Origin: an uncultured Alphaproteobacteria bacterium
GTDB taxonomy: Bacteria; Pseudomonadota; Alphaproteobacteria; JALCBB01
Length of the DNA: 64,000 nucleotides
Assembly (NCBI GenBank): GCA_958267355.1
Contig: OY279575.1
Location: forward strand, 1,132,018 to 1,196,017
Direction: 5' to 3'
Positions 57,062 through 64,000 of the stretch are shown here, in pieces (the first letter of the stretch is position 1; every line of letters starts with the position of its first letter). The notes below the pieces were generated by a model. It worked only from the letters and a program-made list of their open reading frames with translations. It did not search any database and was not told the origin of the DNA. The position numbers were made by a program, and so were the translations under genes.

Positions 57062-57772
57062 TTACTCAAACCGCACTGCCAGCGGATCTGAGCCTTCTGG
57101 CGTGTCCTTGGCTTCACCCCTACCTTCGCCTTCACCTCTGCCTTCGCCTTCGCCCGTAGCTTCGCCTTCGGTATCGCTATCGGTCAGAGCTTGACGCAAG
57201 ACATCAAGCTGACGCGGTAGGCTTAGGTCCACAACGCCGAGTGCTGATTCTAAAACGCATTCTTCGGGTCCGAGGGCAGGGTCTGGCTCTATCCTTAGCG
57301 GAGCTGCTGCATTGCGCCGTACCCGTTCTTCTAGGGCTTGCTGTAGCGGCTCCACCTGCTCGGGAGCGACTCTAAGTCGTAGCTCAGGTAGCCCCTGGAA
57401 GTCTTCTAGGGCTCGCCTGACCACCTTCGCCAATAATTCTGCGTCATCCATCTCGCCGATGATTCGCTCCACTGCACGGGCGACTAGCGCGCCTAGTTGT
57501 TTTTCCATGCCATCCACCCAAGATCTGGCTCGTCCTACCTGTTCGGTCTGCATTTTGGCAAGGACAGCTTTGGCTTCTAGCTGTCCGTCTTGGTAGCCTC
57601 GGCGTTTTTCGGCTTCGTAGGCGGTGGCGGCGCGTTCTAGCACGGCGTCGGCTTCTTCTTGGGCGGTGTCTAGGAGCGCACGGGCTTCGCGAAGCTTTTC
57701 GTACTCGGACGATTTAAGCACTTGCCCGCTGACGCGCCATGCTCCGTGTTTTATGATGGCAACCAGCGGCAT
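57062..57772 (-). CDS. sctL: T3SS stator (YscL/HrpE family)
   Basis: [29 protein letters not shown]. Confidence 0.88.
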   Translation of the reverse strand: MPLVAIIKHGAWRVSGQVLKSSEYEKLREARALLDTAQEEADAVLERAATAYEAEKRRGYQDGQLEAKAVLAKMQTEQVGRARSWVDGMEKQLGALVARAVERIIGEMDDAELLAKVVRRALEDFQGLPELRLRVAPEQVEPLQQALEERVRRNAAAPLRIEPDPALGPEECVLESALGVVDLSLPRQLDVLRQALTDSDTEGEATGEGEGRGEGEGRGEAKDTPEGSDPLAVRFE

Positions 57773-58461
57773 TCTGGAAATAGTCTTTCTAACAGGCGTG
57801 AAGGCCAGCCCTTGTCGCTCAGGGTTGGCGGATGCAACACGGGGGCAAACGGCACTGCCGCCGACTCGGATGTAGCCTGCAAGGGAGTCGCTTGCACAGG
57901 CGGAAACTTGAGCCTAAGCCGTAGTATCCAAGCTGACCCGACAGAGGGAAGCATAGACTCCCACAGTTTGCGTCCTAAGTTCAGAGTTGTCTCGGGGCTT
58001 TGCCAGGGCAAATCGCTTGCCGCCGTAAACGGATTTTCGTGTTCTGCCAAAAAGTTGTGCGTGGCTTCGTCGTAGGTTTCTGCCAGCGTGCGGATAAGTC
58101 TTCCGTCAATCAGGCGGCGGTACCAATCGCGATGACAGGCAAGTCCTAGATGGGTGGCGAACTTTCGCGACTCAGTCCGCGAGAGCAACAAAGCCCGTCC
58201 TGCCGCCGTAGCAAACGGAGGCGAGTCACTCGGCCAGCCCAAATTAAACCGCGCAAAAATCACCCGCGACAGGGCAGGTGTGGCTTGTATCTTCTCCATC
58301 AGGGCAGGAGGTAAAGAATCTTCCTCCGCCGACTTCAGCACCGCCAGCCAGCCCGCATCTATTGTTGCGGCAGGATTTGCAAGCAAAGCCAAAGTGCGTT
58401 TGCTCAGCGGCGTGTTGCTCGCCAAGTCGGGCAGATCCGCAAGCGGAGAAGTATCAGCCAT
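57751..58461 (-). CDS. sctK: T3SS sorting-platform protein (YscK family)
   Basis: Between sctJ and sctL; P...ID..WL and RLRLKFP motifs. Confidence 0.65.
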   Translation of the reverse strand: MADTSPLADLPDLASNTPLSKRTLALLANPAATIDAGWLAVLKSAEEDSLPPALMEKIQATPALSRVIFARFNLGWPSDSPPFATAAGRALLLSRTESRKFATHLGLACHRDWYRRLIDGRLIRTLAETYDEATHNFLAEHENPFTAASDLPWQSPETTLNLGRKLWESMLPSVGSAWILRLRLKFPPVQATPLQATSESAAVPFAPVLHPPTLSDKGWPSRLLERLFPECRWLPS

Positions 58462-58492
58462 AGCCCCTAGCAAGCCCCTTCTTAGCCCCTTC

Positions 58493-59269
58493 CTAACCTG
58501 CCGAAGGCGGAGGTACACGACGGGCTGTGAGATTTATCCGCACCAGCACGACAACAACCAGCAGGAAGACCACAGCAATTGCCGCCAATAAAACCAGCAT
58601 ACGCGGCTCGTCTTCGGCACGGACACTAATCCCCAAGACCGAACGGTACCGCGGTGGCGGTGGAGTCGCCCGTAAAATCTGTGGGCGTGGCTCTGCTAGT
58701 ACTTCTACTGACTCGGCGGCGAGTCCATCTACTGAGTCGGCGACTAGGCGGCGAATTCGCGGAATCAAACTATCGGCATCAAACTCTGGGTCATACTGGA
58801 TGAACACCGAAGCGCGGGCTTCGTGCTTCAAGTCGTGTCCTTCGTGAGGCAAAACAATATGGACACGATTTTCGGTAATTCCACTAAATAGCGACAAGGT
58901 GTTTGTAAGCTCTTGGCTTATGCCATAGACCAGCCGCACCCGCTCTTCAAAAGGAGTCGGCACCAAGCCGCTTGGCTGAAAGATTTGCCCTAAGTTTTCG
59001 TGGCTACGACGCGGATAGCCATAGCGCGATAGAATTCCCACGGCGGAGGAAAAATCGGCTTCATCCACAAGGATTTGGTATTCCGTGGTCTTGGGCTGTA
59101 GCTTCTTGGACGCGTTTATCTCACTGCGAGCCAAGATGGCGATGATTTCGTTTGCCTCGCGTTCAGGAACGGCACGGAACAGCTCGGTTTCGCAAGCGGC
59201 GAGCAGAACCAGCAACGCCAGACAGGCCAAGCCGCGGACGATATCCAAGCGTACAGAAAGATAGCTCAC
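58493..59269 (-). CDS. sctJ: T3SS inner-membrane ring lipoprotein
   Basis: LAAC lipobox, E.EANE, F..SGLV.TP.EER.R, RVHIVLP, C-terminal TM. Confidence 0.93.
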   Translation of the reverse strand: MSYLSVRLDIVRGLACLALLVLLAACETELFRAVPEREANEIIAILARSEINASKKLQPKTTEYQILVDEADFSSAVGILSRYGYPRRSHENLGQIFQPSGLVPTPFEERVRLVYGISQELTNTLSLFSGITENRVHIVLPHEGHDLKHEARASVFIQYDPEFDADSLIPRIRRLVADSVDGLAAESVEVLAEPRPQILRATPPPPRYRSVLGISVRAEDEPRMLVLLAAIAVVFLLVVVVLVRINLTARRVPPPSAG

Positions 59270-59850
59270 GATCCGCCTCCCCCGCCCTGTGCCAGTGTGC
59301 GAAAGCCTTCTTCCAGCCCTGCGGGACCGCGCCGAGCGGCTTGTGTGCCGACAGCGGCTTCTTGCACGAAGGCTTGGGTGCGTAGTGCGTTTGCCATATT
59401 CGGACTTGCCACCCCGCCTGTGGTAGCTCCCCCTATGGGACTTGTTGGCAAGGCAGATTCTGCGCGAAGTCGCATTGACACGCCGCCGCGTGGAATTTCT
59501 CCACGATTTTGAAAGAAAGCGTTAAGCACTCTATCGCCTTTGGTTTCTCCTTGAAGCGAATGTACTGCCTGCACCTGCGGAGTCGTTTGTGCACCACCCC
59601 CCATCGGAGCAGACACGGTCTGATTTGCTCCTGTGGCATTTGCGCTTGTGCTGGGCGAAGCCGCGTTGGCGTTGGTTCCTGATTGGGCGACAGGATTTGC
59701 CGCCGCCGCTTGGCGCAAGCTGGCAAGCTTTTCTTGGAAGGCTTCGGTTAGGGCGCGGCCGGGTGTTGCGTTGGGGCCGAGTTGGCTGGGGCTAACTCCT
59801 GTGCGTCGCAGGAGTTCCAAAGAAGCTTGTGAGGGAATGGAAACTGCCAT
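59266..59850 (-). CDS. sctI: Putative T3SS inner-rod protein, unusually long
   Basis: Directly upstream of sctJ; C-terminal L..Q...........TL.QGG resembles YscI end; low-complexity N-terminus. Confidence 0.5.
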   Translation of the reverse strand: MAVSIPSQASLELLRRTGVSPSQLGPNATPGRALTEAFQEKLASLRQAAAANPVAQSGTNANAASPSTSANATGANQTVSAPMGGGAQTTPQVQAVHSLQGETKGDRVLNAFFQNRGEIPRGGVSMRLRAESALPTSPIGGATTGGVASPNMANALRTQAFVQEAAVGTQAARRGPAGLEEGFRTLAQGGGGGS

Positions 59851-59933
59851 GGGCGAAAGCGTGAGCCCCTTCCCTGCTATGAAGTGTGGTTTTGAGCGAT
59901 TATCAGCACACGCCAGCCAGAAGGCTTACAGAT

Positions 59934-60287
59934 TTACGACTCGCGAATGGCGGAAAGCAAGCCCTGCACTTCTGCCGAAGCTGAGTCGGAAGCGATTCCG
60001 CCAAGCACTTCTTCGGCTTGTGCGGAGCGTCCGCTACGTTTCAGGGCAAGAGCCTTCAAGGCTGAAGCTTCAGCCGAAGAGTCGCCACTTTCGTCTAGGA
60101 TTCGCACGGCGTCTTCGTGCTTACCGCCGGCGATTTGCACGATTGCCTGTCCTTGAGCGACTAAGCCTTCACTGCGCCCACTTTTTTTCAGGTGGGAGAG
60201 TATTACTTCAGAAAGCGCGCCTAATCCGTAGAAAGAGCCCGCGATTGAAATTTCGTAAAGGGTTTGTTCTAGGTCGGAGTCAGTCAT
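59934..60287 (-). CDS. Small TPR-like T3SS chaperone (YscG/SsaH- or Bcr4-like)
   Basis: 117 aa helical repeats (A.......G..EDA...L; ALAL...G....A); between translocon and sctI. Confidence 0.55.
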   Translation of the reverse strand: MTDSDLEQTLYEISIAGSFYGLGALSEVILSHLKKSGRSEGLVAQGQAIVQIAGGKHEDAVRILDESGDSSAEASALKALALKRSGRSAQAEEVLGGIASDSASAEVQGLLSAIRES

Positions 60288-60371
60288 ATATCTCGTTCCG
60301 CGTTTCGGAGTGTTGTTATTCTACTGCGGCGTGTAGCTCTTCACAAGGGAGCAGAATCCGCCGTGTTTGCC

Positions 60372-61151
60372 TTAGGCGTTGATGTGGCTTTTGCTCTGGT
60401 GTTCGGAATCCACGATTTGCGAGATCATCTGCAGAACCTGCTGGATAAACTGCCGCATAGTTTCTTCTTCTTTAGCGACTTTCTGCTCGGTTGCGCCTGC
60501 TTGTTGGGCTTGGGCTTCTTTGGTTTTGCTTTCGGCTTCTTCTTCTTTGCCGATACCGCCGAGTGTTCCGCCTGATGTATCGGCGACAGCTCCGCCGATA
60601 CCAGAGACGGCATTGACTTGGTTCATCCGAGCGTTATAGATGGCGAGCTGCTGATCCACGCTCCCACCGCCTGCGCTGGCGCGTTTGGAAGCCTTAATCC
60701 CTGCCGCCATAGAGCCGACAGCGACTCCTGCTTTAATCGTGCCACTGATAACGGCGGAAGCGATTTGCCAGCCTGCTTCGTCTTTGATTTTGTCTGCCGC
60801 GTCCTTGAGCTCACTGACTTGCGTGTTGGTGGCGATTTGGTCAGCGGCGTTTTCGGACTCGCGAAGCTTCAAAAGGGTTTGCAGGATCAACAAAATTGCA
60901 TCGGTGATTGCGGAATTAATTGCATTCCCCCGAGACATAATTTCTGCCATGGCTTTTTCGGCGTCTTGTAGGTCTTGTTCGGTGAGTCGTCCTGTCCACT
61001 TGGCGGGCGGGACTCCGCCTTCGGTTCCGCTCAAGGGTGGTGGCGGAAGGGGTGCACCCACTGCCGCATGGACCTTGCGTGTTGCTTCATTCGCAGAAGC
61101 AGACACACCTGCAACGCTACCTGTTGTCCCTGTGATTCGTATGTCGCTCAT
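60372..61151 (-). CDS. sctB: Minor translocator (YopD/SctB-like)
   Basis: P.L..P-like chaperone motif, one hydrophobic segment, C-terminal amphipathic helix (FIQQVLQMISQI). Confidence 0.72.
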   Translation of the reverse strand: MSDIRITGTTGSVAGVSASANEATRKVHAAVGAPLPPPPLSGTEGGVPPAKWTGRLTEQDLQDAEKAMAEIMSRGNAINSAITDAILLILQTLLKLRESENAADQIATNTQVSELKDAADKIKDEAGWQIASAVISGTIKAGVAVGSMAAGIKASKRASAGGGSVDQQLAIYNARMNQVNAVSGIGGAVADTSGGTLGGIGKEEEAESKTKEAQAQQAGATEQKVAKEEETMRQFIQQVLQMISQIVDSEHQSKSHINA

Positions 61152-61248
61152 TTCTTCCTCGCGTTCTGCTTCCTTGTTGCTTGTGGTCTGGTTGTGGTGC
61201 TGTTTTGCTTTTCTTCAGTTCAGTTTAGGCAAGCGTCTTCAATTGAGT

Positions 61249-62358
61249 TTAGGCAAGCGAAGTTTTTCCTGTAGAAATTTTTTCGCGTGTGCGATGACCT
61301 GTCTCCAAAGCATCAACGGTGCTTTCGTGCATCATCTCCAAAAGCTGGACAAGCTGCTTGATGAAGTTTTTGTCGCGTTCTAAAGCGGCTTCTAGTTTTT
61401 TGACAATGCCTTTTTCCTTCATCGCGTCTGCGGTCAGAAGTTCAGCCTGTCCGAGCATAATTCCTGAAGCCATACCGCTAGACGCTGAGCCGATATCTAC
61501 GGCGGCGGCGGTGGCGTGTCCGATTTGAATTGCTTTGAGCGCAACTTTTGTGGCGCGTTGTGCGACTACGCTGGTGATTTCTTCGGCGGCTTCTTCCATG
61601 GAAGCCCCACCACTAAAGACTGCCAGAGCAATTTCAATGGCGATGATTAAAACTGCGATGACGATTTGCGCGATTAGCTTACCTGCTTTCTTTGCGTCTT
61701 CTTTTGGCACTCCGCAGGCGACAAGTACATCTTCAAAGACCTTACCCAGTGCATCGGAGATTTTATCCATTGCTCCTGTTTCGTTTAGCACTGTGACGGT
61801 TACGGCGATGGCGGCACCGATTAGGGCTACGGCTCCGACTGCGGCGGAGCCTGCACCGAAGGAAACAATTGCTGTCACCACCGCTAGGATCATCGCGAGG
61901 GCAAAGGCGATCCAAGTTAGGGCTTCGGTGACGATATTGGCGGTTTTGGATTCTTCTTGTTTCTTTTGTGATTCTTGCAGGTCGCTGATGGTTTTGTTGT
62001 GCTTGGACTCCATCATCTTGCGGTGTTGGGAGATTTGCGCTCGGGCGAGTTCTATTTGCTCGCCTTTGACTTTAGAGCGGAGTGAATCAATCAGCTCCAT
62101 GATGGCATTGGAGTCAAACGCGCTTTGGTCTATATCGCCGAAGACTTGACTGAACAGCAGGCTTGGGCCTTGTGTTTCGTCTACGGCTCCGTTGTTGGCG
62201 GAAGCTTTGGCGACTCCTGTTGGCACGGGTGCTTTCGGACTTTTCGCCACAGTTGTCTTGTCGGTTTTACCTGCTTTAGACACAGCCGCTGTTTTAGCGG
62301 CGGCATCAGAGATAGCACCCGGCGGCGGATTAGAACCAGATATGGGATCGTTAGCCAT
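61249..62358 (-). CDS. sctE: Major translocator (YopB/SseC/SctE family)
   Basis: Coiled coil, long hydrophobic region (WIAFAL...SFGAG...), second TM, C-terminal coiled coil. Confidence 0.85.
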   Translation of the reverse strand: MANDPISGSNPPPGAISDAAAKTAAVSKAGKTDKTTVAKSPKAPVPTGVAKASANNGAVDETQGPSLLFSQVFGDIDQSAFDSNAIMELIDSLRSKVKGEQIELARAQISQHRKMMESKHNKTISDLQESQKKQEESKTANIVTEALTWIAFALAMILAVVTAIVSFGAGSAAVGAVALIGAAIAVTVTVLNETGAMDKISDALGKVFEDVLVACGVPKEDAKKAGKLIAQIVIAVLIIAIEIALAVFSGGASMEEAAEEITSVVAQRATKVALKAIQIGHATAAAVDIGSASSGMASGIMLGQAELLTADAMKEKGIVKKLEAALERDKNFIKQLVQLLEMMHESTVDALETGHRTREKISTGKTSLA

Positions 62359-62419
62359 AAAAAACGCGCTTCTATGTAGAGTTAGGGTTTCAGGATGAGT
62401 TAAGACGGGTAAGGATTGG

Positions 62420-62878
62420 TTAAGATTGGTTAAGAATTTCGGTCAAGGCATCTAGATGAGCTGAAACATCGGCGGCGAGCGAATGGGTTTCGGCGTATTT
62501 GCGGGCTTCTTTTAGGGTAGCGATGGCTCCGATGTAATCTTCGGAAGCAATTTCAGACCGCACCAGCTCGGCATAGGTTGCACCATCAGGAGCCAAAGCC
62601 AAAGCTCCGCGATAGGCGAGAGACGCGGCTTCTGGCTCTCCCTGTGCTAGGTATGAACGCGCTAGTGCGACCCAAGAGTTAGGGTCTTTGTGGCGTGCTG
62701 CCGCGACCAGAGAAAAGCCTGCGACGGCTAGGTCATAGTTGCCTGCTTCGTAGGCTTGTCCTGCTGTGGCGTAGGCGAGATCTAGGGCTGAGTCGGGCAA
62801 GCCGAAGGAACTTGCTAGGGTTTCGCCTTGTTGTGCCTTCTGCTGGATTTCTGCAGAAGTTGGGAGTGCATTTGCCAT
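62420..62878 (-). CDS. SycD/LcrH class II translocator chaperone
   Basis: G.TLA..FG, Y..A...Y.AG.Y..A...F TPRs; directly upstream of sctE. Confidence 0.82.
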   Translation of the reverse strand: MANALPTSAEIQQKAQQGETLASSFGLPDSALDLAYATAGQAYEAGNYDLAVAGFSLVAAARHKDPNSWVALARSYLAQGEPEAASLAYRGALALAPDGATYAELVRSEIASEDYIGAIATLKEARKYAETHSLAADVSAHLDALTEILNQS

Positions 62879-62897
62879 AGTGTTTCCTCTCTCTTGG

Positions 62898-63572
62898 CTA
62901 GTGCTTGAAACACGGATGATCCGCCAAGGTGCTTTCTGTGGCACTCAGCAGGGGCGTGTCGGCAAGTGTGGCTTTTTGGTCAAAGGAAACTCCGCCGATG
63001 ACGGGGTATCCCGACAGCTTGGAGCTTACAAATGGGCGGGCTGTGGCGAGTCCTGAGTTCAAGACGCGGAAGTGTCCGCAGACGAAAGGTGTGCCATCGC
63101 CCTGTCGCATATAGTGGATTTCCACGAACTCAATGGAGTGCTTATGCAGGTCAGCCAGCAGGAATTCCTTTGTCACCTGAATTGCCTGACAGCGGACAGG
63201 ATTTTCGGCTCCTGCACAGCCTGAGATTTCGCGCGACAACTCTGGATTTTGCGTGGCAGAGCCGCTTCCTTGGCTACTGGAAGTAACAGCATTATTAACC
63301 GAGTCCGAAAAGCCGCTATTGCCAAAGGCACCAACACGACTGCGGTTTGCGCGTGGCGTGAGTGCATTGTCTTCCGTCTCAAGCGCACGCGAAGCTTCGC
63401 GCCGTTCGCCGAAAAGATCTGTAGCTTCGTTACTCTCTTGCGTACCGCTTTGCGAATAGACAAGCAGACCGATAGCGATACACAAGATAACACTGGAAAG
63501 CACAACCATTCGCACCCCGAAGGTGTGGGTAGATTCCTCCCCTGTATAGGAACCGCTGATGATATTGCTCAT
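62898..63572 (-). CDS. Hypothetical membrane-anchored protein
   Basis: One N-terminal TM, Ser-rich linker, Cys-containing C-terminal domain (VCG.F...N); GAGG RBS. Confidence 0.6.
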   Translation of the reverse strand: MSNIISGSYTGEESTHTFGVRMVVLSSVILCIAIGLLVYSQSGTQESNEATDLFGERREASRALETEDNALTPRANRSRVGAFGNSGFSDSVNNAVTSSSQGSGSATQNPELSREISGCAGAENPVRCQAIQVTKEFLLADLHKHSIEFVEIHYMRQGDGTPFVCGHFRVLNSGLATARPFVSSKLSGYPVIGGVSFDQKATLADTPLLSATESTLADHPCFKH

Positions 63573-63629
63573 GGTACCTCGCTTATCTCCTTAGACCTGT
63601 TAGACCCTGACTTGTTAAACCCTAACCCG

Positions 63630-63998
63630 TTAAACCCGAGTTAGGTTTCGATTGCTACGATGCGGTGCATTCGTAGTCTCCGCTGTTTGCTGTGTTGCAG
63701 TTTGCTCTGCTGTAGATTGCGGGTTTGGTTCTTCTAGCTTTTCCAAACCGCGTTGTCCGTACAGCTTGGGCGCAATCCGCCGACTCATCACTGCGCGAAG
63801 CAAAAGCTCTTCGTGTTCTTTTAAGTTTTCTTGTGGGCTTTGTCCTTCAATAACCAAACGCGGCGGAGCTGCCGCTTGAAAAGCCTGTTCGTCAGCTCCA
63901 CTTTCCAAAAAGGCAATTTCTTGGTCAAAAACCCACTGCGCTGTCGCTCTACGTACCCCTTGAGGCAAAGCCGATAGCGTTTCATCACGGCGGGCTTT
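63630..63998 (-). CDS. Hypothetical protein, 5'-truncated by window edge
   Basis: Frame open to window end; function not recognised. Confidence 0.5.
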   Translation of the reverse strand, partial: KARRDETLSALPQGVRRATAQWVFDQEIAFLESGADEQAFQAAAPPRLVIEGQSPQENLKEHEELLLRAVMSRRIAPKLYGQRGLEKLEEPNPQSTAEQTATQQTAETTNAPHRSNRNLTRV

Positions 63999-64000
63999 TA

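Noticed and set aside
55687-59269. Flagellar fliI/fliH/fliF
   Set aside because: SctJ is a short lipoprotein and the locus has needle, translocators and SycD

Overview
The window looks like an alphaproteobacterial chromosome segment (sdhCDAB, trxB-LysR, fdxA-carD, dapDE, soxBDAG), probably from a host-associated organism; the taxon is inferred from gene content only. Left part: an HNH fragment, three GcvT-family dimethylglycine/sarcosine dehydrogenase-like paralogs and two outer-membrane beta-barrel paralogs, one broken by a G13 tract in its signal peptide. It also holds a NYN (PIN-like) RNase gene preceded by two 107-bp tandem units, each reading as promoter + structured small RNA + terminator, which is a candidate new RNA-antitoxin (type III TA-like) system. 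Middle: housekeeping genes. Right ~18 kb: part of a Ysc/Bsc-like type III secretion system (translocon, sctIJKLNO, needle, chaperones, YscX/Y) with four uncharacterised putative effectors, three of them paralogous, and a strongly structured non-coding leader. Throughout, short degenerate tandem repeats are pervasive; several are echoes of the adjacent gene's own 3' end including the stop codon, and many are in-frame insertions in core enzymes. No rRNA, tRNA, CRISPR array, integrase or transposase was recognised. All calls come from reading the sequence by eye; no searches were run.
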